Shown: positions 36,040 through 45,855 of the stretch, piece by piece
Layout of the letters: each line of letters opens with the position of its first letter
Numbering within the stretch: the first letter of the stretch is position 1
NCBI GenBank assembly: GCA_002499585.1
Contig: DAMH01000009.1
Coordinates: forward strand, 3,396-67,395
DNA length: 64,000 bases
Origin: Euryarchaeota archaeon UBA552
GTDB lineage: Archaea; Thermoplasmatota; Poseidoniia; Poseidoniales; Thalassarchaeaceae
Direction: 5' to 3'
The notes under the pieces: generated by a model
The model's input: the letters and a program-made list of their open reading frames with translations, nothing else
Told to the model about the DNA's origin: nothing
Databases searched by the model: none
Program-made: the position numbers and the translations under genes

Positions 36040-37200
36040 ATGGGAACCCCCTCCAGAGCCATGGTCCTCGCTCTGATCATAGTTGGATCAGCACTCGGAG
36101 GGTGTCTAGCCACACTCGGCCTCAACGAGGCTCCAACCGTCCAATTAAACATCGAGCCATCTGGGGCGGTGCGAGAAGGAGACACGGTAACATTCAGTGC
36201 AGCTGGGAGTTCCGACCCGGATGGAGATCCATTGGCATTTACATGGAATTTCGGTGACGGAAACGTTGGTTCTGGCCTCACAACCAGTCATGTCTACACT
36301 AGTACGGGGACATTCAATGTCAAGCTAACAGCAGCGGACGGTAACTATGAAACAACCATCACCAAGAACATCACCATTATTGAATCCTCTGCGAAGAAAC
36401 CGACTGCTTCTGCCAGTGGGGAAAAAATGGATAACTGCGACGGAGAAGAGCCGCCAAACGGGGATTTCATCCTCATCTGGGTCTGCGATGAGGACAAGGA
36501 TGAGACAGATCGCTCAATTGACTTCACCACAGTTATCGAAATAGACGGGTCATCTTCAGACGCAGGCGGAGTAGACTACATCGATAAATGGGAGTGGGAC
36601 TTGGACACATCTGAAGATTCAGATGGTGATGGTTTGAGTGACAACGACATTGATGCCACTGGCGAAGTCGTCAACGTAGAAAGGACTGGTGGTGCCTTTG
36701 AAGTGAGGTTGACGGTGACCTCCAGCAACGGTCTGACGGACTCTGACAATATCGTGATTTACATCAATTACAGGGGAGAATGGAGGGACTTCATTATTGA
36801 CGCAAGCATCAATGATCCGGTAGAGATGGCATGGGATTTCCCTGTAAAGTACAATACAGAGAGTAAGGACAAAATAAGATACCTCAGGGTGAAACTAGAT
36901 TATCCGCAGGAAGATGACGACCAACCAATATTCACAGGTGGGGCAACAACTGCCAACAAGCTCGACCTCTTTCTGTACAATACCACCTCCCAGGAAAAAG
37001 AAGTGTCAAACACTACTCAAATAGAAAATGAAAATCGCGATGCCGGTGAATGCGGCAGCGACGAATATTGTATTTGGCAAGTGGTAAGCGGATCGACCGT
37101 CCGTGCCTTCCGCGCCGATACATGGTCTGTAGATCTCACCAATGACGAAAGCCACAACACGAAGATCAATTCTCTGATTGTAGAACTACAATACAGGTGA
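36040..37200 (+). CDS. secreted PKD-domain protein, possible lipoprotein
   Basis: N-terminus [17 protein letters not shown] (lipobox-like). PKD signature [25 protein letters not shown] ... [12 protein letters not shown]. Ca-loop-like [13 protein letters not shown]. Confidence 0.7.
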   Translation: MGTPSRAMVLALIIVGSALGGCLATLGLNEAPTVQLNIEPSGAVREGDTVTFSAAGSSDPDGDPLAFTWNFGDGNVGSGLTTSHVYTSTGTFNVKLTAADGNYETTITKNITIIESSAKKPTASASGEKMDNCDGEEPPNGDFILIWVCDEDKDETDRSIDFTTVIEIDGSSSDAGGVDYIDKWEWDLDTSEDSDGDGLSDNDIDATGEVVNVERTGGAFEVRLTVTSSNGLTDSDNIVIYINYRGEWRDFIIDASINDPVEMAWDFPVKYNTESKDKIRYLRVKLDYPQEDDDQPIFTGGATTANKLDLFLYNTTSQEKEVSNTTQIENENRDAGECGSDEYCIWQVVSGSTVRAFRADTWSVDLTNDESHNTKINSLIVELQYR

Positions 37201-37304
37201 TCTGGCAAAGAACTCAAATTTCGAGGACAGCAAATTACGGGCCGATTGAGAGTGAGGTTCAAATACGCGCCGCAAGTCGCCGGCACACCATAGAGGTGTA
37301 TAAC

Positions 37305-38588
37305 ATGGGCTCACAATGGGAAGATAAAAGCAAGCCGCATCTAAATATCGTATTCATAGGTCACGTCGACCACGGAAAATCAACAACCGTAGGAAGGCTA
37401 CTGCTAGACAGCGGTCACATCGAACAGCACATAATCGACAAGAACGAACAACTAGCTAGCGAGTCAGGAAAAGCTGGGTTCGGCCTCGCCTACGTAATGG
37501 ACGGCCTAAAAGAAGAGCGAGAGCGTGGCATTACCATCGACGTCGCTCACAAAGAATTCTACACTCCGAACTACTACTTCACAGTGATAGACGCTCCCGG
37601 GCACCGCGATTTCGTGAAGAACATGATTACTGGCACCAGCCAAGCAGATGCTGCAGTCCTAGTGGTCGCCGCCAACGATGGCGTCAATGCACAGACCAAA
37701 GAACACGCTTTCCTCGCACGAGTCCTCGGCGTGACCCAACTCATCGTAAACATCAACAAAATGGACATAAGCGGAGTAGACTATCAAGAATCGAAATACA
37801 ATGAGGTGAAGACTGAAGTCTCCAATCTGCTAAAGATGGCAGGGTTCAAGCCCGACGACATCCACTTCATCGCAGGTTCGTCCCAAATGGGCGAGAACAT
37901 CTACAACAAAAGTGATAACATGTCATGGTACAAAGGCCCCACTCTCTTTGAGGCCATCGACGGTATCAAGATGCCTCCTAAACCAACTGATAGACCCCTA
38001 AGGCTCCCAATTCAAGACGTATACAAAATTGGCGGAATAGGCACTGTTCCCGTCGGCAAGATTGAGACGGGGGTTCTCAATCCAGGCAAGACAGTAGTTT
38101 TCAACCCAAGCCAAAAATCTGCTGAGGTCAAGAGCATTGAGATGCACCACACCCAAGTCGATCGCGCTGAGCCCGGTGACAACGTCGGGTTCAACGTCAG
38201 AGGACTAGCAGTCACCGACATCCGAAGAGGTGACATTGCTGGTTACCAGGAAAACCCTCCCACATTCGTCAGACACGACGAGACGTTCCTTGGCAACATC
38301 CAGATAATGGACATCCCCAAGGCTGTCGGTGTTGGCTACACACCTGTCTTCCACGCACACACCGCCCAAGTAGCGGTGAGGTTTGTCGAACTTGTAAAGG
38401 ATCTGAAGTCTGGAGAAACCCCAGCATTCCTGAAGTCCGGAGATGCTGCTCTCGTGAGATTCCAGCCCACAAAGCCGATGGCAATCGAACAACAAGACAC
38501 CTTCCCCGAACTCTCAAGGTTCGCCATCAGGGACATGGGTAAGACGGTTGCAGCTGGCGTCTGTGCGAAGATCGAGAAAAAGGCTTGA
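37305..38588 (+). CDS. tuf: translation elongation factor aEF-1alpha
   Basis: [42 protein letters not shown] 37305 is preceded by GAGGTG; the 36 upstream codons in the track ORF are discarded. Confidence 0.95.
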   Translation: MGSQWEDKSKPHLNIVFIGHVDHGKSTTVGRLLLDSGHIEQHIIDKNEQLASESGKAGFGLAYVMDGLKEERERGITIDVAHKEFYTPNYYFTVIDAPGHRDFVKNMITGTSQADAAVLVVAANDGVNAQTKEHAFLARVLGVTQLIVNINKMDISGVDYQESKYNEVKTEVSNLLKMAGFKPDDIHFIAGSSQMGENIYNKSDNMSWYKGPTLFEAIDGIKMPPKPTDRPLRLPIQDVYKIGGIGTVPVGKIETGVLNPGKTVVFNPSQKSAEVKSIEMHHTQVDRAEPGDNVGFNVRGLAVTDIRRGDIAGYQENPPTFVRHDETFLGNIQIMDIPKAVGVGYTPVFHAHTAQVAVRFVELVKDLKSGETPAFLKSGDAALVRFQPTKPMAIEQQDTFPELSRFAIRDMGKTVAAGVCAKIEKKA

Positions 38589-38613
38589 ACCAAGGATCTG
38601 AGGTGTTGACTGG

Positions 38614-38943
38614 ATGCCAGTTGTCACCACAATCAAACTCACTGGGGAAAATCATGAAGATGTAGACACTGTCTGCACACAAATAAAGAGAATATCTGAT
38701 GAGTCTGGAGTTAAGCTCCGGGGCCCGATTCCCCTACCCACCAGGAAGCTTGTCGTACCGTGCCGAAAAGCACCCTCTGGAGAAGGATCAGAGACATACG
38801 ATCATTGGGAGATGAGGATCCACAAGCGGCTACTTGAATTGGTGACCAATACAGCCAAAGATGAAACAGCGCTAAGACAAGTCCTTAGGATACCAATACC
38901 AGACTCAGTCACCATCGAATTGTCGCTTCGCAATCTGTCCTGA
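38614..38943 (+). CDS. rps10: 30S ribosomal protein S10
   Basis: IKLTGENHEDVD ... LRGPIPLPTRKL ... WEMRIHKRLLEL. This is the conserved tuf-rps10 order. Confidence 0.9.
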   Translation: MPVVTTIKLTGENHEDVDTVCTQIKRISDESGVKLRGPIPLPTRKLVVPCRKAPSGEGSETYDHWEMRIHKRLLELVTNTAKDETALRQVLRIPIPDSVTIELSLRNLS

Positions 38944-38947
38944 ATTA

Positions 38948-40294
38948 TCACGAACCCCTTCTGGCAAGTGAGCCCATCGGATCCCAGGCTGGTAGAACCA
39001 CCGGGTCTGTGGATAGACCGGCGACCATCTCGGCGGTCAGTTTAGAACTCGGTGCAGCTATCTCAAACATGTAATCGTCAAACCAGCTGTCATTCATTAC
39101 GAAGAAACCCTTCTCTCCGCTGTCTTTCACTCCCCATGAATTTTCAACTCTCCATTTTCTCGGCTCACCATCGATCACGTCTACACCTGTGAACAGCATA
39201 GCATGCGTCATCACGGTTTGTCCATGGATCAAGCGATCCCGCTTATTCATCCCGAATTCAAAACCGTAAAGTGACTCCAAGTCAAATAATTTCGAATCCC
39301 ATAGCCCCCTCTTCCTGTGCATCTGTTTACCCACATCGCAGCCCATCCAAACCGGGACACCTTCCTGCAGGATTTCCATCGTGACCCTCTTCATTTCCTC
39401 CATGGGAACATTGAGGTATACAACGGGAGGGCCTCCAGTGACGTTCTGTAGCCTGTCGACGGTGTAGGTTCTGTACATTTCATTCCGTGGGTCGTTGACT
39501 AAACAGACGTAATCCTCCCAACTGACATCAACATACTCCGATGTAAATTGCCCCGGAGTCATCCTTCCTTTTCGATGAAAGTTTCCGTCCTTATCCGTCC
39601 ATTGCCAATCGAACGATTCTGGAGGGGTTCCGAGGTGGATACACAGTAACCTCCAAACGTTACTGATGATCTCTTCCTTCCTTTTTCGGATTGATTCTAG
39701 ACCTTCCCCTTTCGCAACCATTCCTCTTAGTTCGCACGCCGAGGACCTCAACAAGTCTCTCAGACTAGCGTTCATCCAACGCGTTGCACTGCTGGAAGAT
39801 GACTCTGGATAGACTGACTTCGGGACGAGCCCATGCCTTCGTATCAAATTCATCGCCATGTTCCATTGGCCACCATCACCGATTGGATCACTTAGCAGGA
39901 AATGAACAGTCCGATCATCCACCTTCTTTCCACCGAGGTCGATCATTGACTCAAGGAAACAATTTGACCGCTCGAATTTATCCCAAAAGTGAATATGAGC
40001 CTGACTAAACTCGAATTCTTTGATGTTCATTTTCTTCATAGCTCCCGGCCTGAAAAGGTTTAGAGCCGCAAAAAGCCAACATCGCCCACTCGATTTCTGA
40101 TTCGTAGCAGACCAATCGTCTAACTTTATGCTGAATGTTGAATTCATGCTTTGTACCAGACTACGATCCAATGCAACATCTACAAAACGCCCATTTGTGA
40201 CCGCATTTTGAACTATCTTTGAGGTAGGGTGCTTCAAGAACTTCAATCTCAAGGCTTGAATCATCTCTGGGGTTACAGAACCGTCGTCGGACAT
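38948..40294 (-). CDS. pepC: aminopeptidase C / bleomycin hydrolase (peptidase C1B)
   Basis: Catalytic Cys context QKSSGRCWLFAALN, His context THAMLFTGV, and WRVENSWG. ATG 40294 is preferred; the track start 40318 is a GTG. Confidence 0.85.
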   Translation of the reverse strand: MSDDGSVTPEMIQALRLKFLKHPTSKIVQNAVTNGRFVDVALDRSLVQSMNSTFSIKLDDWSATNQKSSGRCWLFAALNLFRPGAMKKMNIKEFEFSQAHIHFWDKFERSNCFLESMIDLGGKKVDDRTVHFLLSDPIGDGGQWNMAMNLIRRHGLVPKSVYPESSSSSATRWMNASLRDLLRSSACELRGMVAKGEGLESIRKRKEEIISNVWRLLCIHLGTPPESFDWQWTDKDGNFHRKGRMTPGQFTSEYVDVSWEDYVCLVNDPRNEMYRTYTVDRLQNVTGGPPVVYLNVPMEEMKRVTMEILQEGVPVWMGCDVGKQMHRKRGLWDSKLFDLESLYGFEFGMNKRDRLIHGQTVMTHAMLFTGVDVIDGEPRKWRVENSWGVKDSGEKGFFVMNDSWFDDYMFEIAAPSSKLTAEMVAGLSTDPVVLPAWDPMGSLARRGS

Positions 40295-40333
40295 GGCCAC
40301 AGATGTCTGGTTAGGCACTTTGTACTTCCCTGT

Positions 40334-41176
40334 TCAGATCTCGGACAACTCTGCTAGACCGACAGAAATTAATGTCTCACTGAATCTCTTAGAGAACAAA
40401 TGAACTTCGCCGCTGACTATGGATATTTCACGGCCTTCCTCGTCTATCACGGGATCTTCACTGTCTTGAATAATTCGGATTCGGACCAGATTTACGTCAG
40501 TCTCAGATGGTGTAGGAGGCGGTGGAGAGTCGATGTATCCTGCGTCAATAGCCCTTATTCGGTCTTCCTCATCAATTTCTGGATCATCCCAATCATTGGA
40601 TCTTTTTGGACTAGGACTGGGCAGGGGGGCCAGTCCATCCTGATCTTCGCCATCATTGAATCTGCTTAAACTAGGCTCGCCCACCGAAATGTCTTCACTG
40701 TCCTCCACGCCCATCAGGACGTTCCATGAAGATAACCTCCGGAAACGCTCGACAGACAGTGATATCTCAGAGTGGAATGATCTCTCTTTTGCATCCATCT
40801 TCGACCAGTCAATCGTGACACCGCTTTTCCTCCCCGTTTTGCCTCTGTCCTCTAACAGCGATTCAATAACTGCGTTGTTAGTAAGCGCGTTCAATCTCAG
40901 GTTAGCTAGATTGCGCAGTTGGGTCCGAATATTGGATATCCTTCTGGTCGCGGTGGATAAGCGGGCGCTACCAATCCCCTCCCGCCTCATTTGATCTACC
41001 TCTTGTTCTAAGTGGATAACCAACTTAACGACAAGGCTCCAAAAATCTGGAAATGGGAGTTTGACAGGTACCTGTTTCGACCTTTGCTGTCTGGCAACCT
41101 CGAATATTGCCTTCTCTATCCTGTCCAACTCGACACTGGTAAGGGCATCTGCCTGATCATCGTCCACCCCTCTCAC
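40334..41176 (-). CDS. GINS-like replication factor subunit (Gins51/Sld5-type) with a long acidic/Pro-rich insert (tentative)
   Basis: The helical N-terminal domain (LPFPDFWSLVVKLVIHLEQEV ... RRISNIRTQLRNLANLRLNAL) and the C-terminal beta domain (VRIRIIQDSEDPVIDEEGREISIVSGEVHLFSKRFSETLISVGLAE) match the archaeal GINS A+B domain pattern. GTG start. Confidence 0.45.
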   Translation of the reverse strand: MRGVDDDQADALTSVELDRIEKAIFEVARQQRSKQVPVKLPFPDFWSLVVKLVIHLEQEVDQMRREGIGSARLSTATRRISNIRTQLRNLANLRLNALTNNAVIESLLEDRGKTGRKSGVTIDWSKMDAKERSFHSEISLSVERFRRLSSWNVLMGVEDSEDISVGEPSLSRFNDGEDQDGLAPLPSPSPKRSNDWDDPEIDEEDRIRAIDAGYIDSPPPPTPSETDVNLVRIRIIQDSEDPVIDEEGREISIVSGEVHLFSKRFSETLISVGLAELSEI

Positions 41177-41281
41177 CTGTACTACCGTTGAGTTAGCGAT
41201 CCTTCAATGATTCCTAACCGCCACACGAATTAAGCTTCATGATTCCGACGCACTCAATAGCATATGCTTCCTCCCCAGAGT

Positions 41282-41366
41282 GCAGGTGTACCCGAGTGGT
41301 CAAAGGGGGCGGGCTCAAGATCCGCTGCATAGTGCTTCGCAGGTTCGAATCCTGCCGCCTGCACCA
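41282..41366 (+). tRNA. tRNA-Leu (anticodon CAA), class II, CCA encoded
   Basis: Acceptor GCAGGTG/CGCCTGC, anticodon stem GCGGG/TCCGC with loop CTCAAGA, variable arm TGCATAGTGCTTC, T arm GCAGG-TTCGAAT-CCTGC, A-CCA. Confidence 0.85.
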
Positions 41367-41459
41367 AGATGTATGAATAAACGTAGATTGCCTGATTATG
41401 AGCAGAAATGCTGTCATATTGGAACACCAATTAAAACAATAGAGCACCTCTTCAGATCT

Positions 41460-44400
41460 ATGTCGTCTATGAGGATGTCATCTGGAACACTCGTGCTACT
41501 GATGATTTTGAGCGTTATGTCACCATTTGTCCAAGCAGACACACAAATGCCTGAAGATTCGAAAACCACGAACTCGCTTTTTCCTCATGACACACCGACG
41601 ATCGACGCACTCTCTCCAGAATTACAGTGGTCCATTGCGAGAGCAAACTACCCCGTAGCGACCCTACCAACCGACTTTGAGCCACGTGATTGGACCATCA
41701 TTACGAAAAGCGTAGAATCTTTGACGACCATAACGCATTCGGAAAAAATTACACCAGTTACATTTCTTGAGAACTTTTACACAGTCCCAGGTGATTCAAT
41801 TGACATCAGAGATCTCAGGATCCTTCAGGACCTAAACAAGATCGAGCTCTTCTACCCTGATGATCCGGGCTTGGAACCGGTTTCTATGTCAGTTCCAAAT
41901 GATCCATTGGTTACTGACCAATGGCACCTAATCAACACTGGTCAGGACGGCTCTCAAGGTGTGGACCTCAACATCACCGGTGCATGGGACAGATACAATG
42001 GTTCAGGAGTCTTGATCCGAATCATAGACGATGGATTGGATGTGAATCATGAAGACCTACAAGCAAATCACGATCAAGCAACATCCTATGATTACTGTGA
42101 CAATGATCCAGATCCGAGTCCGGTTGAAACCTCTGACAACCACGGAACTGCCGTAGCAGGCGTGGCTGCGGGCATTGGAAACAACAATATTGGTATTGCC
42201 GGGGTGGCTTGGGGGGCTTCTCACAATCATGCAAGGTTCCTTTGCGGTGGCAGCGTTGTACCCGCTTTGTCTGATTTCAATCAGGTTATCGATGTTTATC
42301 ACAACTCATGGGGATATGGTGGCGCAGGGTATCAAGGTTTGAGTCCGAGTAGTGCCGCTATGCTCCAGGCAGGGGCTTATGAGGGAAGGTCCTCGCTGGG
42401 GAGCATATTCACATTCTCAGCGGGAAATGAGTACACGGCGGACGAAAACGTAAACCAGAAAGGATTCCAGAAGTCCAGATACACAATAGCGATAGGTGCC
42501 GTGACGTACGCCGGGGTACAATCGTGGTATTCCAGTATCGGAGCACCTGTTTTGGTCGTTGGTCCCTCTAATGGCGGATCTCTAGGAATCACAACAGCGG
42601 ATAGAACTGGAGCCGAGGGTTACAGTTCTACAAATTACACAAATACATTCGGTGGGACCTCATCCTCCGGGCCAAAGGTTGCAGGCCTGACAGGATTGAT
42701 ACTCGAAGCCGATCCGTCATTAACATGGAGAGACATACAGGGAATTCTGGTACACTCTTCAACAAAAAATGATCCGAGTCATGAGAACTGGTCGGTCAAC
42801 GGAGCGGGACTCCCAGTCAGTCACTACTACGGCTTTGGCATGGTCGACGCCACAGCTGCCGTCAACTTAGCAGAAAATTGGACGTATCTCGGACCGGAGG
42901 TCAACGTCTCCTCCCCCCTCTACACCCCGTCGGTTAATATCCCATCCAGTGGATCACCATTATCATTTAGCCACACCTTCAATGACATGGTAAATATTGA
43001 GAGCGTGGAATTGTTCATGGATATAGATCATCCTGACCCGGAAGATCTGATAATCACACTCACATCTCCCGATGGCTACACTTCTATACTTGCAGACACC
43101 AATCCGGCAGACTATGGTAACATGAGATTCCACGACATGGTGAGTATGCACCATTATGATGAGATAAGTTCTGGAACTTGGACAATCGAAATACTAGACG
43201 TGAACCCCAGTGCTTCGGATGGCACCGTAAATAACTGGCAACTAGTTGTGCACGGAACGGAAGCCGATGCTGACGGGGACGGCTGGACTGATGAGGAGGA
43301 GGCTTTGTGCGGATCCCTTCTTAGCGACCCAATTTCAACACCAAGTGATATCGACGAGGATGGCACCTGTGACGCAATGGATGACGATGTGGACGGAGAT
43401 AGCTGGATCAATGTGGCCGAGCTAGCCTGCGGTACCGACCCTTATGATTCACTAAGCACACCGATATCTGATACAGACTTGGACGGCCTGTGCGATGATG
43501 TTGACATGGACGATGACGGAGATGGAATTGAAGACAATATGGACGCATTCCCCTTGGATGGCCAAGCATGGAATGACACGGACAGTGATGGAATGGCCGA
43601 TGAGACTTACAAACCGGTTTGCTGCAACTACGAATCCGAAGACTTCGAGAACCCGTCAATAAACTCCACATTTCAGTTCGAACTCGGGTCTCCGCCCATC
43701 TGGATCAGAAATAATTCAGCCTCCAATACCGGTAACTATTCCATGAGGGCAGGCCAAGTTTCAGACAGTTCAGCTTCAACGATAAGTATGACTTTGAGCA
43801 CAGGAGAAGCGAACGGTAGTTTTGCGCTCAAGGTTGATTCCGAAACCAACTACGACTTCCTTGTGTTTTACATAAACGAAATTCAAATCGAGTCGTGGTC
43901 AGGTAATGTAGACTGGACAACATTCAGTTTTGAGTTAACAGCAGGGACGAATGTTCTGAAGTGGTCTTACATCAAGGATTACACTGTGTCGTCGGGCCTA
44001 GATACCGCTTGGATTGATGATATCTCCCTTCCCACCAGCCTCTTCATGACGAACCCAGAAACAACAGACTTCGGAACCAACAGGGATCATGATGATGACA
44101 ACGACGGAGTCGATGACGAATTAGACCAATTCCCGCTGGACGGGTCAGAATCAGCAGACTTCGACGAAGATGGGATCGGGGACAATTCAGACTTGGATGA
44201 TGACAACGACGGATGGTTGGATTTGATTGAGTTACAGTGCGGCTTCGATCCACGGGACAACTCATCCGTACCATCAGACTATGATCAGGATACCGTGTGT
44301 GACTTTCTAGATCCGGATGATGACAATGATGGTTACTCTGATACAGTTGACGACTTTCCCCTGAATACCTCTGAGTGGGTAGATTCTGACTTAGATGGCC

Positions 44401-45839
44401 TTGGCGATAACTTTGATCTTGACGATGACGACGATGGGTACAATGACACTGATGACGACTTCCCACTCGATCCCTCTGAATGGGATGACCTAGACGGTGA
44501 CGGAGTTGGTTCAAACGAGGATACAGATGATGACGGTGACGGGGTTTTGGACATTGATGATGCATTCCCGAATGATCAAGATGAATTCATTGACACCGAC
44601 TCTGATGGTGTAGGCGACAATGCTGACACCGATGATGACGGTGACGGGGTGTTAGATGTGAATGACATATTCCCCCTAAACTCGACTGAATGGTCGGATT
44701 TTGACTTGGATGGTTTAGGAGATAACTCCGATGAAGACGATGATAATGACGGAATCGATGACTCTGATGACATGTTCCCCAACGACCAAAATGAATACGT
44801 CGACACAGACTCCGATGGGCTTGGTGACAATGCTGACACCGACGATGACGGTGATGGCACACCAGATGTCAATGATGCCTTCCCTCTGGATCCACTTGAG
44901 ACAATCGACACGGATTCAGACGGAATCGGTGACAATACCGATATCGACGATGACGGAGACGGCGTTCAGGATGAACAAGATGCGTTCCCAAAGAGTCCAG
45001 CTGAGTCAGTTGACTCGGATGGCGATGGACTCGGTGACAACGCCGACACCGACGATGATGGTGATAGCATCCCGGATTTTGACGATATTTTCCCGCTTAA
45101 CGCCGGCGAGTGGTCTGATTTAGACATGGACGGAATTGGCGATAATGCAGATTCTGATGACGACGGCGATAACGTGTCGGACGTCGATGATGCATTCCCC
45201 TCCAATTCTGACGAGTGGTCGGATTTCGACATTGATGGAATTGGCGATAATGCAGATCTCGATGATGATGGAGATGATGTGGATGACGAGAGTGATAATT
45301 GTCCCGAAACGACCAGTGTAATGGGAGCTGCAGATGCCAATGGGTGTGCAGCACAACAAAGAGACACGGATGGCGACGGGATTACTGACGATCTGGATTC
45401 TGACGATGACGGCGATGGATGGACAGACATACAGGAAGTTGCTTGTGGATTCCCAGAGCTGGATTCCTCTACATCCCCGATTGATACAGATGATGACGGC
45501 CTGTGTGATGTAATAGACCAAGACGATGACGATGACGGAGTTTTGGATTCCGATGACGCCTTCCCCTTGGATGGCACAGAAACAATAGATTCTGACGAGG
45601 ATGGAATCGGTGACAACTCAGATTCCGATGACGATAATGACGGAGTTTTGGATTCCGATGACGCCTACCCACTCGACTCATCGAGAACGTTTGATGAGAG
45701 AATCCTCATGGTTGCAATTGGCTTGGGCTCGATACTTGGCACCATCTTGGTGATGACTTCACTCCTCGGTTTCAGAAGACGACCCAAGAGGGCTAAGAAT
45801 GAAGACATTCAAATCATGCTAGAAGCACTGGAAGAATGA
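41460..45839 (+). CDS. giant secreted kexin/furin-like subtilase: S8 domain, P (proprotein-convertase) domain, jelly-roll-like domain, TSP type-3 Ca-binding repeat array and a C-terminal TM anchor
   Basis: Signal MSSMRMSSGTLVLLMILSVMSPFVQA. Triad contexts IRIIDDGLDVNHEDL, DNHGTAVAGVAAG and GGTSSSGPKVAGLTGL. P-domain pattern VELFMDIDHPDPEDLIITLTSPDGYTSILAD ... GTWTIEILD. Repeats of DxDxDGxGDNxDxDDDGDG. TM helix ILMVAIGLGSILGTILVMTSLLGF. The first 60 track codons overlap tRNA-Leu and are discarded. Confidence 0.85.
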   Translation: MSSMRMSSGTLVLLMILSVMSPFVQADTQMPEDSKTTNSLFPHDTPTIDALSPELQWSIARANYPVATLPTDFEPRDWTIITKSVESLTTITHSEKITPVTFLENFYTVPGDSIDIRDLRILQDLNKIELFYPDDPGLEPVSMSVPNDPLVTDQWHLINTGQDGSQGVDLNITGAWDRYNGSGVLIRIIDDGLDVNHEDLQANHDQATSYDYCDNDPDPSPVETSDNHGTAVAGVAAGIGNNNIGIAGVAWGASHNHARFLCGGSVVPALSDFNQVIDVYHNSWGYGGAGYQGLSPSSAAMLQAGAYEGRSSLGSIFTFSAGNEYTADENVNQKGFQKSRYTIAIGAVTYAGVQSWYSSIGAPVLVVGPSNGGSLGITTADRTGAEGYSSTNYTNTFGGTSSSGPKVAGLTGLILEADPSLTWRDIQGILVHSSTKNDPSHENWSVNGAGLPVSHYYGFGMVDATAAVNLAENWTYLGPEVNVSSPLYTPSVNIPSSGSPLSFSHTFNDMVNIESVELFMDIDHPDPEDLIITLTSPDGYTSILADTNPADYGNMRFHDMVSMHHYDEISSGTWTIEILDVNPSASDGTVNNWQLVVHGTEADADGDGWTDEEEALCGSLLSDPISTPSDIDEDGTCDAMDDDVDGDSWINVAELACGTDPYDSLSTPISDTDLDGLCDDVDMDDDGDGIEDNMDAFPLDGQAWNDTDSDGMADETYKPVCCNYESEDFENPSINSTFQFELGSPPIWIRNNSASNTGNYSMRAGQVSDSSASTISMTLSTGEANGSFALKVDSETNYDFLVFYINEIQIESWSGNVDWTTFSFELTAGTNVLKWSYIKDYTVSSGLDTAWIDDISLPTSLFMTNPETTDFGTNRDHDDDNDGVDDELDQFPLDGSESADFDEDGIGDNSDLDDDNDGWLDLIELQCGFDPRDNSSVPSDYDQDTVCDFLDPDDDNDGYSDTVDDFPLNTSEWVDSDLDGLGDNFDLDDDDDGYNDTDDDFPLDPSEWDDLDGDGVGSNEDTDDDGDGVLDIDDAFPNDQDEFIDTDSDGVGDNADTDDDGDGVLDVNDIFPLNSTEWSDFDLDGLGDNSDEDDDNDGIDDSDDMFPNDQNEYVDTDSDGLGDNADTDDDGDGTPDVNDAFPLDPLETIDTDSDGIGDNTDIDDDGDGVQDEQDAFPKSPAESVDSDGDGLGDNADTDDDGDSIPDFDDIFPLNAGEWSDLDMDGIGDNADSDDDGDNVSDVDDAFPSNSDEWSDFDIDGIGDNADLDDDGDDVDDESDNCPETTSVMGAADANGCAAQQRDTDGDGITDDLDSDDDGDGWTDIQEVACGFPELDSSTSPIDTDDDGLCDVIDQDDDDDGVLDSDDAFPLDGTETIDSDEDGIGDNSDSDDDNDGVLDSDDAYPLDSSRTFDERILMVAIGLGSILGTILVMTSLLGFRRRPKRAKNEDIQIMLEALEE
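44085..45685 (+). repeat. intragenic tandem array of ~35-38-codon thrombospondin type-3-like repeats (GAT/GAC-rich)
   Basis: At least a dozen units of the form FP(L/N)DxxE(W)xDxDxDG(I/L/V)GDNxDxDDDGDGxxDxxD. Nearly identical DNA stretches recur (e.g. gacaatgctgacaccga(t/c)gatgacggtga at ~44617 and ~44826). Confidence 0.8.
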
Positions 45840-45855
45840 CAAACGGAGCCAAATA

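Noticed and set aside
37215-37267. Three CAAAT(T/A)(T/A)CG-like boxes upstream of the aEF-1alpha gene as a regulatory repeat.
   Set aside because: They are short, A/T-rich and irregularly spaced (16 and 29 bp). They are more likely ordinary TATA/BRE-like promoter sequence for a highly expressed gene, and nothing can be tested from this window alone.
41214-41459. ORF 41214..41447 (-) and the first 60 codons of ORF 41280..45839 (+).
   Set aside because: Both overlap tRNA-Leu(CAA). The signal peptide begins at ATG 41460.
44044-45681. Many long antisense and out-of-frame ORFs across the repeat array (e.g. 44044..44565-, 44576..44935-, 44966..45616-, 45120..45521-, 44731..45123+) that translate to Ser/Pro/His-rich low-complexity peptides.
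   Set aside because: These are by-products of the GAT/GAC-rich TSP3 repeat coding sequence, since the alternative frames lack stops. The sense frame carries a coherent signal peptide-to-TM architecture, and the others have no start context or domain logic.
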